Shown: positions 40,198-49,447, counted from the first letter of the stretch. The stretch: DNA of 64,000 nt from Candidatus Omnitrophota bacterium (GCA_037146775.1 JBAWWL010000007.1:65536-129535); one strand, 5' to 3'. Numbers and translations: made by a program. The notes: generated by a model not told the origin, from the letters alone.

Positions 40198-42735
40198 ATG
40201 GTTGGCAAGACCTGGCCCCATTATTTCATATTGACAGGTTTTTTCCCTCAAGAAAAGGAGACAAAAGCTATGAAACAAACTGTCGCAGCATTTTTAGGAG
40301 TCATCCTTGTTTGTTTTTATCTCTTGCCATTGAACGGGCAAGAGATCGCAGATTCAAACTCTAACAAATATGAAAAGTTTCCGGAACGCGTGCGTAAGAT
40401 CGCTGAGGGAATGGAAAAACTAGGACTTAGTCCGAAAATTGATTTATCTCCGAAAATCGGAGAAGGAAGCGAAGGATATATTATTAATGCGAAAATTGGA
40501 GAAGAAAAGCCCGGAGAAAAATTTACTAATATCACTGTTTATGTCGCGACTGAAGATAGTATTCAACAATTTCTTGTTTTTCCGTTGGTGGGTTTCGTTG
40601 TTGAACCGCGTGAGGAGTTGACGCCTGCGCCGCTCTGGACAGGGAAGATAGCTGATCGTTTTAAAGGTGATGGACTGGGCACAACTTATGGTGCGTATAT
40701 CACTCCCGGAGTAGGCGGCCACATAATCGGAGTGGCCAATGCGTACGCCATGAAAAACGATGTAATAGTGAGTGTCAGAATGGAGCGGTGCGATACCAAA
40801 CCACGTTCATATTACTCAGGTATCTCAGAATTTGACGGAGAGAAGAGAGCCATTGAACTTTCGGCCGGGTTAAAAGATGACAGCAGAAACTGGATAGATG
40901 CTTTAGTTAAGATCATTGATGGTTTAGGCGGGGTGAAAATTTCTGTTTTTGATGCCAATCCGCAGTACAATGACAAGTTTGATTTTACTGACAAAGCGGT
41001 GCTTAAGGATTTCCCCAGTAAGGAAGCATATTTGCAGAAGGCTGCTTACGTTGTATCTGTTGCAAACACGAAAAGGTCCGGCGCTGCCGCGGATGGTGTC
41101 AGCCTGCTCCTCTTACTTGCATCTGTCGACTACGAAGGTATAGCCACTTTCACGCTGGAGGGGGATGATTCGCCGGGCACCATCCATCCAATCGGTACTG
41201 ATTTTGACATGAAATTGCGCGAGAAGAAAATTAGAACTCCTACGCTCGTGTTAGAGAGAGGACCGGATTCAAAGCAGTATTGGGCCGCTGTTCTCTATCG
41301 TCCGCCGGACAATTTTGGCCGCGGGGACGGTACAAGAGAAGTTCGTGTGACGCTCTTATTGGAGAATACAGGGGGCAAAAAAATAGAGGACAATAAAGAT
41401 TCTAGTTCAAAACGAGGGGAGTGCATGATACGGCTCATACGTCCGCCGGTTGTCCTTGTCCATGGCACGTTTGATGCGCCGATACCGTGTTGGGACACCC
41501 CGGATCAACATAGCAGCTTTACAATGAAAAAACGGCTGGAACAGGAAGGATTCAGACCGTTTATGGTGGACTGGGTGGAAACGAACGGATATAAAGATCC
41601 AAGCGCGTTTATCTCAAACTGCGAGACTGTGTGGAAAAATAATGGAGGGATCCACGAGGCACTGGAGACTTTTCGTAAGGACAACTTTGCGGCCACACAG
41701 GCGGATCTTGTCTGTCACAGCCAGGGCGGTGTGATCGCACGCAGGTACGTGAAGGGGACGGTATCGGAGACGAAGCTTGCCGACGACGATTACCATTATA
41801 CTAATCCGCGCGAGTGCTCACGCGGCGCGTGCTACTATCATCGTCTTAATAACTTCGCGAAAGGCGACATCCACCGTCTTATTACGATCAGTGCTACGCA
41901 TATGGGAAGCGACATTTGCTCTCTGTTAAATGTCTTTATCCAGCTTCGCAGTGAGGGGATGAAGTTAGCATCATGGGACTCGCTTTGCGCAAAACTTGCC
42001 CTTTTAGGCGGCGGTTATCAGGGAAACTGCACGAGTGATTGGATGGTTGTCAATTTTGCCTATTATACGAAAGAGTTTATCAGGCGGATGGGAAATGGTG
42101 AGCTTACAGGCGCGTATAAGGATCAGATCCCTGGTAGTCCGGCACTTCAGGCCATCGGAAAAACACTAGTTCCTTCGCATGCCATCGCGTGTACCGCTGA
42201 GGATAAAGATTTGATGGATTTTGATGGATCATACGAGGACCGAATGGAAACGATCTGGGAAGGTTCCAGTCGCGGCCTCTTGCTGGAGGCGTTTCGCAAG
42301 CTTGGGCAGAATGAAGATGCTGATGACCTTGCGCGAAGAGTGGACGAACAGGAGAGGGCGGAAGGCCTTGCGGCGGAAATTGTCAAGCTTAAGGTTATGC
42401 GGACGCATAGGATGGCGAATGCCAGAAGATTTCGTGCGGCAGTTTTTGGCAACAACCCGAATGACTGCACTGTCAGGAGGGAAAGCTCGCTGGGAGGGTT
42501 ACCAGAGCAATATACGACAACGATCCCCAACATCCTTCATGGTTACGCGCCGTGGTATAGCGCTGTGCAAGAACGCGTTGTACAGCTCCTTAAAGATGAC
42601 GGCGGCAAGTTTTGTTCAGCCGGGTTTCCGCAGGCCGGTGTGATGCCGCGCAATATCCAGTATATAGGACCATCTGTCATTGGCCCGGAGCTTGAAAAAG
42701 GTGTTGATCAAGGTTCTTTGCCTGTGGGACAGTAA
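40198..42735 (+). CDS. large secreted protein with a C-terminal alpha/beta-hydrolase (lipase/esterase-like) domain
   Basis: signal peptide after the internal Met (MKQTVAAFLGVILVCFYLLPLNG, RBS 'aaggag'); 'PPVVLVHGTFD' and nucleophile elbow 'LVCHSQGGVIARRY' (GxSxG); GC approx. 50 %. Confidence 0.6.
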   Translation: MVGKTWPHYFILTGFFPQEKETKAMKQTVAAFLGVILVCFYLLPLNGQEIADSNSNKYEKFPERVRKIAEGMEKLGLSPKIDLSPKIGEGSEGYIINAKIGEEKPGEKFTNITVYVATEDSIQQFLVFPLVGFVVEPREELTPAPLWTGKIADRFKGDGLGTTYGAYITPGVGGHIIGVANAYAMKNDVIVSVRMERCDTKPRSYYSGISEFDGEKRAIELSAGLKDDSRNWIDALVKIIDGLGGVKISVFDANPQYNDKFDFTDKAVLKDFPSKEAYLQKAAYVVSVANTKRSGAAADGVSLLLLLASVDYEGIATFTLEGDDSPGTIHPIGTDFDMKLREKKIRTPTLVLERGPDSKQYWAAVLYRPPDNFGRGDGTREVRVTLLLENTGGKKIEDNKDSSSKRGECMIRLIRPPVVLVHGTFDAPIPCWDTPDQHSSFTMKKRLEQEGFRPFMVDWVETNGYKDPSAFISNCETVWKNNGGIHEALETFRKDNFAATQADLVCHSQGGVIARRYVKGTVSETKLADDDYHYTNPRECSRGACYYHRLNNFAKGDIHRLITISATHMGSDICSLLNVFIQLRSEGMKLASWDSLCAKLALLGGGYQGNCTSDWMVVNFAYYTKEFIRRMGNGELTGAYKDQIPGSPALQAIGKTLVPSHAIACTAEDKDLMDFDGSYEDRMETIWEGSSRGLLLEAFRKLGQNEDADDLARRVDEQERAEGLAAEIVKLKVMRTHRMANARRFRAAVFGNNPNDCTVRRESSLGGLPEQYTTTIPNILHGYAPWYSAVQERVVQLLKDDGGKFCSAGFPQAGVMPRNIQYIGPSVIGPELEKGVDQGSLPVGQ

Positions 42736-42736
42736 C

Positions 42737-42886
42737 GGGGTTAGGCCTTCAGATGTCAGATAGATTGCAAAAACGTAATTATTTATAAACCAAATCCCAC
42801 CCCGGAGGTGGGCTTTGGTTTTAAGACAATATATTAAATAAAATTAAAAACTAATCCCAATGGCGATGATCCTCTTGATGAATTTT
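42737..42886. repeat. composite approx. 150-bp repeat, copy I (ggggtTaggccttcagatgtcagatagattgcaaaaacgtaatt... + hairpin aaccaaatcccaccccggaggtgggctttggtt + frameshifted 5' fragment of the Zn-ribbon mini-gene)
   Basis: approx. 90 % identical to 44372..44521. Confidence 0.8.
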
Positions 42887-42922
42887 GAAAATTCCGAGGA
42901 CACAATGTACGATTAAGAAGAT

Positions 42923-43678
42923 ATGTCTAAATATTATACCGGCAGAAGAACTCGAAATTTGTTTGACCCACAGAGCAAGGCGCCCTTCAGGCTAAGTCGT
43001 TCTAAAATTGAACTATTCATAAACTGCCCAAGGTGCTTTTACCTGGATAGAAGGCTAGGTGTAGGCCAGCCACCCGGGTATCCTTTTGCTTTAAACTCCG
43101 CAGTGGATAAGCTATTGAAGAAAGAATTTGATATCCATAGAGATAGGCAGACAAGACACCCTCTTATGGTAGCCAAGAGTATTAACGCTGTACCTTTTAA
43201 ACACGAAAAAATAAATTATTGGCGGGATGCTCTTCGTGGTGGAATGGAGCATTTACACGGACCGACCAATCTTTTGCTTACGGGCGCTGTGGATGATGTT
43301 TGGGTTGGGAGTGACGGCCGACTATTTATCGTTGATTACAAGAGTACGTCAAAGGAAGAAGAGGTAAACATAGACGCGGATTGGCAGGTTTCTTATAAAA
43401 GACAGATGGAGATATACCAATGGTTATTCAGGAAGAATGGGTTTAACGTATCATCTACGGGTTATTTTGTTTACTGTAACGGACTTACAGACAGAGATAC
43501 CTTTAGCGCAAAATTAGATTTTCATATTAAAATAATACCTTACGAAGGTAATGATTCCTGGATCGAAGCTAAGATTATTGATATGCATAAATGCCTAATG
43601 AGTTCTGAAATTCCCGAGCATGGCGCGGATTGCGATTTCTGTATTTATCGAAAGGCATTAAAAGAAGTAAATGGATAG
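42923..43678 (+). CDS. PD-(D/E)xK nuclease-like protein with Cas4/RecB-like cysteines
   Basis: 'GAVDDVWVGSDGRLFIVDYKS' (D...D-x-K core); N-terminal 'CPRCF' and C-terminal 'CDFCIY' Cys pairs. Confidence 0.5.
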   Translation: MSKYYTGRRTRNLFDPQSKAPFRLSRSKIELFINCPRCFYLDRRLGVGQPPGYPFALNSAVDKLLKKEFDIHRDRQTRHPLMVAKSINAVPFKHEKINYWRDALRGGMEHLHGPTNLLLTGAVDDVWVGSDGRLFIVDYKSTSKEEEVNIDADWQVSYKRQMEIYQWLFRKNGFNVSSTGYFVYCNGLTDRDTFSAKLDFHIKIIPYEGNDSWIEAKIIDMHKCLMSSEIPEHGADCDFCIYRKALKEVNG

Positions 43679-44211
43679 ATAATAGTAAATTTACTAATTG
43701 TCTAAACTTCATGGTTGGTAAAAGGGTAACGGGGGTAGACCTTAAAATGTGTCCCCCACGCTTTCAGCTTTGGGATAATTCAACTAGAGTCTCAACATTG
43801 TTTCGGCTAACTTTCATTAAAATAATTCCGGTCCAACAAATAATGATCAAGAAGCAATTGATATTTATCTTAGTGGTGTTATTCTTGGCTGCTTGTGCGG
43901 ACAATACTCCCGTAATCGGTCCATATCCTAAAACAGGAATGGCTTCCTGGTATTCGGCTAAAATCACTGCAACAGGCGAGAGGTTTGATGGCAATGATCT
44001 GACTTGCGCCATGCGTAGAACAGACTTTGGTAAACGTTACAAGGTTTGCAATACAGCGGACAATAAATGCGTAATAGTCAGGCATAATAATTTTGGGCCT
44101 GCCAAACGCTTTTATGGTAAAGGCAGAATAATTGATTTAAGCAGGGCAGCGTTTTCCCGGATAGCAGATTTGAAAGAAGGTATAGTCGGAGTTACGATAG
44201 AAGAAGAATAA
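43630..44211 (+). CDS. RlpA-like lipoprotein (double-psi beta-barrel); true start probably approx. 43834 (MIKKQLIFILVVLFLAAC)
   Basis: 'GMASWYSAKITATGERFDGNDLTCAMRR...NNFGPAKRFYGKGRIIDLSRAAFSRIA' matches the RlpA DPBB consensus (ASWYG..TA.GE.....ltaAH...N.RGP....R.iDLS..A). Confidence 0.75.
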   Translation: MRFLYLSKGIKRSKWIDNSKFTNCLNFMVGKRVTGVDLKMCPPRFQLWDNSTRVSTLFRLTFIKIIPVQQIMIKKQLIFILVVLFLAACADNTPVIGPYPKTGMASWYSAKITATGERFDGNDLTCAMRRTDFGKRYKVCNTADNKCVIVRHNNFGPAKRFYGKGRIIDLSRAAFSRIADLKEGIVGVTIEEE

Positions 44212-44264
44212 AAGAGCCGGAATTATGATCAAACTTTATAAAAATATTTAAGATTAGAGGACGA

Positions 44265-44370
44265 GATGAAAAAAATATTAGTCTTAACCTTCCTGTTGTT
44301 AATTCCTATTATTATCCATGCTGAAACCATAAAATTCAAATCAGGTAAAACAGTTGAGGGGAAAAGATAG
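44265..44370 (+). pseudogene. truncated N-terminus of a TPR-lipoprotein paralogue (MKKILVLTFLLLIPIIIHAETIKFKSGKTVEGKR*)
   Basis: homologous to the N-terminus of 35274..36506 (AETTILKSGKTIEGK); reading frame ends exactly at the start of repeat copy II. Confidence 0.45.
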
Positions 44371-44371
44371 T

Positions 44372-44521
44372 GGGGTCAGACCTTCAGATGTCAGATAGAT
44401 TACAAAAACGTAATTATTTATAAACCAAAGCCCACCTCCGGGGTGGGATTTGGTTTAAAGCCATAGAGTAAACAAAATTAAAAATTAACCCATGCCCGAC
44501 GATCCGTTTGATGAATTTTAA
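44372..44521. repeat. composite approx. 150-bp repeat, copy II (includes the 9-codon 5' fragment MPDDPFDEF* of the Zn-ribbon mini-gene)
   Basis: see 42737..42886. Confidence 0.8.
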
Positions 44522-44589
44522 CCAAATCTTACATACTAGTTCGGATTTAGTTTGTAAAATACTCCCCGGAGGCTTTATCTCCTGCTATA

Positions 44590-44672
44590 ATACCTACCAG
44601 TGAAAAAGAAATTTATACGAACGGGTAATTTCTGTGTTTATATTTTGAATAACCCGAATCCGACCGCCTAAA
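44590..44672 (+). pseudogene. truncated GIY-YIG N-terminal fragment (KKFIRTGNFCVYILNNPNPTA*)
   Basis: homologous to the N-terminus of 44740..45045 (KRAFIRRGKFCVYILQCQDG). Confidence 0.4.
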
Positions 44673-44739
44673 TATCGGGGTAAATCTTGCTTTACAACAT
44701 TTACCCCGAAGCGGTTCGGATATGGCATTGTAAAATACT

Positions 44740-45045
44740 ATGACGAAAAGAGCGTTTATAAGGCGAGGTAAGTTTTGTGTTTATATTTTACAATGCCAAG
44801 ATGGCAGCTATTATACTGGTCACACTAATGATTTAGAGAGGCGGTTGAAACAACATAATAGCGGTAAAGGTGCTTGGTATACAAAACTTAAGGGATACGT
44901 AGAGCTTGTCTGGCATAAAGAGTACCGGTGTTTTAAGCCAGCCTTTTTGATGGAGAAGAGGATTAAGACATTAACGAGGAAGCAGAAGGAAATATTAGTT
45001 AAAGGGAAGAGATTAGACAGAGTATTAGCAAGCGCTGGTAAGTAA
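44740..45045 (+). CDS. GIY-YIG nuclease family protein (UPF0213/YhbQ-like)
   Basis: 'FCVYILQCQDGSYYTGHTNDLERRLKQHNSGKGAWYTK...VELVWHKEY' is the GIY-YIG core. Confidence 0.85.
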   Translation: MTKRAFIRRGKFCVYILQCQDGSYYTGHTNDLERRLKQHNSGKGAWYTKLKGYVELVWHKEYRCFKPAFLMEKRIKTLTRKQKEILVKGKRLDRVLASAGK

Positions 45046-45069
45046 TTATAGAGTCCGGTCGCCTAGGTA

Positions 45070-45160
45070 CTGAGAAATTTTCTACGAAAATTTCTCAGAG
45101 CGGCACGAACATGGCCGCAAGCGGCCGAGAACAGCACGGACATGGCCGGACGCGGTCGAG
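45070..45160. promoter_or_regulatory. structured GC-rich element: perfect 13-nt-arm palindrome CTGAGAAATTTTCtacGAAAATTTCTCAG followed by two 26-nt GC-rich direct repeats (CACGaACATGGCCGcAaGCGGcCGAG)
   Basis: read directly; GC-rich island in an AT-rich genome; overlaps the annotated N-terminus of the next ORF. Confidence 0.5.
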
Positions 45161-46533
45161 AAATGAAAATAAAAAAATTATCCCGGAAGCAAAAAGAAGC
45201 ATTAACTAGAGAGGAGAATCAAACAATGCGTCGCCGTAATCGTATTCGTGGATATCATGCCGGGAAGAAACAGGTTCAGGGGCCGCGCGTATCCGCCCGC
45301 GTCTTTTCATTCGGGATTTTTATAGCGGACATGATCTATCGTCAGAAACAGGCAAGCGCTTTACCGGAGGAGTTTCTGGGCATAAAGAGGCAGCGGGGCG
45401 ATAATGCGATGATGGTGGTTCCGGAAGAATGGATAACGCAGGCAAAGGAAGCGTTAGAGAGTCTTAAGGTTCCTATTGATACCAATTTTGGCGGCTTAGC
45501 CAATGCCATGGTTTCTATCTTAGCCGCGCTTACACCTGAAGGAAAAATTGTTCTCATCGCACTATGTGGTAATGACCAGGCAGGCCGGGCAAATATTGCC
45601 TATTTAGAAAGATTGAGCATCGATACGCGTATTTTAAAAAAAGTGTTGAAAACAAGCAAAGTCTCTGCCTGTAATTTAATCCGAAACCTGGAAGTTGCAG
45701 GAGACGCCAAAAATAAGGCAGTAACTTACTGCAAAGATTTTGCCTTTTATTTAGCACCTACCGAAGGGTTCTCTTATTCTAAATGGATGCCTAAAGATTT
45801 GAGGCGGCAAGATATTGTACATATAGGAGGAGTAGACCTTATCCTTTGCCCTAAAGATTGGTCTAAAGAGCGAAAACAGGTAAAATATAAAAGAAATATA
45901 AATGAGATGGTCAAGCTAGCCCATGCGGCCCACAACAAAGGCGCAATAGTAGTGGCGGATTTCTGCATGGGAGATCCGGATTTCTGGGAGATAGTCCCGG
46001 ACAGCTTTTTTAGAAATATTGATGTCGCTAAACCCGGAATTGCGCAGGCATTGCCTATTTATAACAGCCGCCACAAGAGTAATCCTATAGAGTTGGATAT
46101 TAGAAATCCTCACCAACTAACGAAGGATCATATACCGGAACTCTTAGAGATTCAGAATTTTCTCTTAAAGCTGGAGTTTGGGGCAATATTTATGACTTTG
46201 GATACAGGCGGGACGATTATTTCCGCCCGGAAGAGCAGTATTTTTGGCAAGGTTTCTGCCAGGCACATTCCGATAATTCCTGCCAGAAAATTCGTAGACG
46301 GCACTGGATGCGGAGACGCTTTTGTGGCCGGTATCATCAATGGCATACGCGAAGGCTGGGATATGTTTACTACTGCCTGTTTTGCTGCGACTATAGGCAG
46401 CCTGATTGCTGAGCGCGCCGGAGTTTTTCTTGAGGAAAAATATATAGGCAAAGGAAAGTGGTTGCCAGTAGTCCAGAAGAGATTAAAAGAATGCAGGAAT
46501 ACTTTTGGGGAATTCCGGCAACATCTGTTATAG
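45142..46533 (+). CDS. PfkB-family carbohydrate/ribokinase-like kinase (true start probably downstream, e.g. approx. 45226 after RBS 'agaggag')
   Basis: PfkB signature 2 'VDGTGCGDAFVAGIINGI' (DTxGAGDxF) near the C-terminus; the first approx. 28 codons lie in the GC-rich repeat. Confidence 0.65.
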   Translation: MAGRGREMKIKKLSRKQKEALTREENQTMRRRNRIRGYHAGKKQVQGPRVSARVFSFGIFIADMIYRQKQASALPEEFLGIKRQRGDNAMMVVPEEWITQAKEALESLKVPIDTNFGGLANAMVSILAALTPEGKIVLIALCGNDQAGRANIAYLERLSIDTRILKKVLKTSKVSACNLIRNLEVAGDAKNKAVTYCKDFAFYLAPTEGFSYSKWMPKDLRRQDIVHIGGVDLILCPKDWSKERKQVKYKRNINEMVKLAHAAHNKGAIVVADFCMGDPDFWEIVPDSFFRNIDVAKPGIAQALPIYNSRHKSNPIELDIRNPHQLTKDHIPELLEIQNFLLKLEFGAIFMTLDTGGTIISARKSSIFGKVSARHIPIIPARKFVDGTGCGDAFVAGIINGIREGWDMFTTACFAATIGSLIAERAGVFLEEKYIGKGKWLPVVQKRLKECRNTFGEFRQHLL

Positions 46534-46670
46534 TTATTATTAAGCAGTCAGATAACAGGTTCAGGTGTTGCCTGCCGCAAAGCGGCGAGGTCTCGCTCGC
46601 TCGCCTCACGGCGAAGCCGTGGGCCTCTCGGCGAAGCCGAGGGTCTTCGGCGGAAAAGCTGAAATTATTT

Positions 46671-46841
46671 ATGTCCGACGATCCGATTGATGAATTTTTA
46701 GGATACGATTTTGCGATGGGGGCAGATAGTATAAAGTGCCCGCATCGCGGTCATGCTATATCACGCAGTTTGTTTTTCGACAACGATGCCGAAGCAATCG
46801 AATGCCCTAAATGTGGTGGAAAAGTAGAAAATAATGAATAA
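46671..46841 (+). CDS. 56-aa zinc-ribbon mini-protein (MSDDPIDEFLGYDFAMGADSIKCPHRGHAISRSLFFDNDAEAIECPKCGGKVENNE)
   Basis: paralogue of 6619..6789 (approx. 85 % nt identity); the 127-aa track ORF 46458..46841 is an unsupported N-terminal extension through a GC-rich repeat. Confidence 0.6.
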   Translation: MSDDPIDEFLGYDFAMGADSIKCPHRGHAISRSLFFDNDAEAIECPKCGGKVENNE

Positions 46842-46896
46842 AAAGCAATTAATGGTTGTTTAGTATAGATAAGAAGAGAATAACCAGGGACTGAAA

Positions 46897-48141
46897 ATGA
46901 AAAACTTTTTTAAAGTATTCCTAGCCATTTTCCTTATGGCGGCATTTTCATACACAAGCTACGAAATTTCCAGATTATCCAATCGTCTTCAAAGGATAGA
47001 AAATAAACTTGGCGGTTCCAAGAGGATATCTTGTAACGAAAAAGATACTGTAAAAAGAGTACGCCAATCAGTGGTTCGCATCGTCGGCGGTGACGGTGAA
47101 GGATCGGGTTTTGCGATCAAAAAGGATGGTTTCATCTTAACTAATTTTCACGTCATTAGTACCGAGCCGAGTCCGAAGGTTATATTACCGGATGATACTT
47201 TCGAAACAGCCCAGGTTATCATGGCAGATAAGGAAGCAGACCTTGCTATTCTTAAGATCCGAAGAGACCTTCCGGTGGTGAGGTTTGTGCGTCTTAACGA
47301 GTTAAGCGCCGCAGAAGAACTCTTAGCTATAGGATATCCACTCGGGGGCGACTTGCCTGGTGAATCATTCGTTGTCCGTGGATCATTTTCAAGGCCTACC
47401 ACAAACAAGAAAGATGGTATGCGGTATGTTTTAACTGATATGACCATGGTTTCTGGGCTAAGCGGTGGTCCGATGGTAAATATCTGCGGAGAAGTGGTTG
47501 GAATTAACACCGCAGGGTTATCACCAGGAGGGATAGGTATAGCCATAGCATCTGATTCGATATTTGAGAGGTGCCGCCAGATGTTTGCCTCAAAAAACCC
47601 ACTCAAAGACGTAACGAAAATAGTTTTTGAACCTAATAAGAACGCACTTGAGGCTGTCAGGGCTTTTTATAATTATCTTAAAGTTCGGAGTATGGAAAAA
47701 GCTTTTGAGCTTTTGTCCGATAACTTTGTCATGGGATATAGCTTTGAGCATTGGGTGCGTGGATACCGGCCACTTCTCGATAATACACTTATCTTGATTA
47801 AGCCTGACAAAGAAATAGCTAACAGAATAAACATTAAGCTATCTACCAAAGACTTGATTGATGATGAGATTGTATGTAAATATTTCGAAGGTTATTGGGA
47901 TGTCCGGCAGGTAAGCGGAAAATGGCTGCTCTGGGAACCAAGTATCAGGGAAGTTAAAGAGCCTGGCGAGGACTGGTTTGTAGACCAGGATCGTAAAAAA
48001 GAAATAGAGGAATTTATAAAAACCCACGAAGATTTTAAGGAATATTGGCCTACGATGTATGAAATATGGCAGAAACCTGGTAACGAAAGCCTAAGCCTGC
48101 AGGAACTTTATGATAAAGCCAAAGAAAGAGAAAATAAGTAA
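46897..48141 (+). CDS. trypsin-like serine protease (S1 family) with N-terminal membrane anchor/signal and a C-terminal extra domain
   Basis: 'VVRIVGGDGEGSGFAI...ILTNFHVI' (His); 'ADLAILKI' (Asp); 'GLSGGPMVN' (GDSGGP-like Ser). Confidence 0.8.
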   Translation: MKNFFKVFLAIFLMAAFSYTSYEISRLSNRLQRIENKLGGSKRISCNEKDTVKRVRQSVVRIVGGDGEGSGFAIKKDGFILTNFHVISTEPSPKVILPDDTFETAQVIMADKEADLAILKIRRDLPVVRFVRLNELSAAEELLAIGYPLGGDLPGESFVVRGSFSRPTTNKKDGMRYVLTDMTMVSGLSGGPMVNICGEVVGINTAGLSPGGIGIAIASDSIFERCRQMFASKNPLKDVTKIVFEPNKNALEAVRAFYNYLKVRSMEKAFELLSDNFVMGYSFEHWVRGYRPLLDNTLILIKPDKEIANRINIKLSTKDLIDDEIVCKYFEGYWDVRQVSGKWLLWEPSIREVKEPGEDWFVDQDRKKEIEEFIKTHEDFKEYWPTMYEIWQKPGNESLSLQELYDKAKERENK

Positions 48142-48199
48142 TAATCAAAACTTTAATACTCAATGGGTTTTACTTTTAACGTTTTAGCAATTTGAAACA

Positions 48200-48403
48200 A
48201 TGAGAAAACTGATAGGTATAAAAGAACTTTCTGGACAGCTTGGTATCCCCGTAGGCACTATCTACTCATGGACTTCTATGAAGGTAATCCCACATTATAA
48301 GATAGGGCGCCTTGTAAAGTTTGAAGAAGTAGAAATCGAAAAGTGGCTTGAAGAAAGAAAGCAGCAAGTATCTAAGTTTGCCGATGAATATTGGGATAAA
48401 TAG
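48200..48403 (+). CDS. excisionase/AlpA-like HTH DNA-binding protein
   Basis: 'IGIKELSGQLGIPVGTIYSWTSMKVIPHYKIGRLVKFEEVEIEKWL' fits the Xis/HTH_17 family. Confidence 0.7.
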   Translation: MRKLIGIKELSGQLGIPVGTIYSWTSMKVIPHYKIGRLVKFEEVEIEKWLEERKQQVSKFADEYWDK

Positions 48404-48424
48404 GTTTATTATGGTTTTTTATTC

Positions 48425-48901
48425 TTGGAGCTCGATAAAAAGCTTTACAATGGGAACGAAAAGTGTAATATAAAAACAAACCACAAAGGAGGAATTATGC
48501 AAAAAATATGTTGTTTTATGCTGAGTGTTTTGTGTTTATTAGGATGTTCAACCGCCGGTTCTCATCTAAAATCGGTCCAGTCAGATGCTGGGGACAGGGT
48601 GACTGTAGGAAAAGTTCAGCGAGAAATTCGCATCGGTATGTCCTCTGCTCAGGTTATTGAAGTATTAGGTTCGCCTAACATCGTTTCTACAGATGAAAAT
48701 AGGTTAGAGGTGTGGGTTTATGATAAAATTGCTACTGATATATCTTATTCAAATAGCAACGGCGGTGTCTGGTTGATACTTGGAAGTGTTGGTGGAAATT
48801 CGGGGGCGACTTCAACTTCACAGAGAACGCTGACCATTGTTATTAAGTTTGATGCGGACAAAAAAGTTCGTGATTTTGCGTATCATTCTTCTAGTTTCTA
48901 A
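48425..48901 (+). CDS. putative lipoprotein (likely start at Met approx. 48497, MQKICCFMLSVLCLLGCS)
   Basis: lipobox 'LLGCS'. Confidence 0.5.
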   Translation: MELDKKLYNGNEKCNIKTNHKGGIMQKICCFMLSVLCLLGCSTAGSHLKSVQSDAGDRVTVGKVQREIRIGMSSAQVIEVLGSPNIVSTDENRLEVWVYDKIATDISYSNSNGGVWLILGSVGGNSGATSTSQRTLTIVIKFDADKKVRDFAYHSSSF

Positions 48902-48910
48902 AATAATAGA

Positions 48911-49447
48911 ATGAAAAAAATACCCAGACTTTTAAAATCACTTTTTTTCATGTTTGTATGTTTAGGTATATCAGGTTGTGTCACTGTCCCAACTGGATTC
49001 TTGAAACCCAATAAAGATTATCTAGAAAAGAGACAATTACAGATAAGACAATATGATACAACCGATCAGGAAAAGATTATAACTTCCGTTGCCGGGGTTT
49101 TACAAGATTTGGGTTTTACTTTGGATGCAAGTGAAACGCAAGTCGGTTTTATCGCAGCTTCAAAAAAAGCTGATGCAACAAACTTGGGCCAAGTTTTCTT
49201 TGTAGCATTGCTGGGTGGTGCTAACGCTGTTGGAAGCTGCGATAAGTCCCAAATTATTAAAGCTTCAGTTATTACTAAGCCTGGCTTAGATGGCAAGAAA
49301 ACAGTTGTCCGGGTTACATTCCAACGAGTTGTATGGAATATGCGAGGTGAAATTAGTAGGGTGGAAACTCTTAAAGAACCAGTACTGTATCAAAATTTTT
49401 ACGATAGCTTATCTAAGGCAATATTTTTGGAGGCCCAGCAAATATGA
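48911..49447 (+). CDS. lipoprotein, paralogue 1
   Basis: lipobox 'GISGCV'; paralogous to the next gene (shared '...RQYDTTD...YQNFYDSLSKAIFLEAQQ'). Confidence 0.55.
   Translation: MKKIPRLLKSLFFMFVCLGISGCVTVPTGFLKPNKDYLEKRQLQIRQYDTTDQEKIITSVAGVLQDLGFTLDASETQVGFIAASKKADATNLGQVFFVALLGGANAVGSCDKSQIIKASVITKPGLDGKKTVVRVTFQRVVWNMRGEISRVETLKEPVLYQNFYDSLSKAIFLEAQQI

Noticed and set aside
45142-45225. Annotated start of the PfkB-kinase ORF (MAGRGREMKIKK...)
   Set aside because: The first approx. 28 codons lie inside the GC-rich repeat element. A better start with RBS 'agaggag' exists at approx. 45226. The coordinates are kept, but the N-terminus is doubted.
46458-46841. 127-aa plus-strand ORF from the track
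   Set aside because: The N-terminal 71 codons run through a GC-rich tandem repeat with no RBS. The real gene is the 56-aa paralogue starting at 46671, conserved with 6619..6789.
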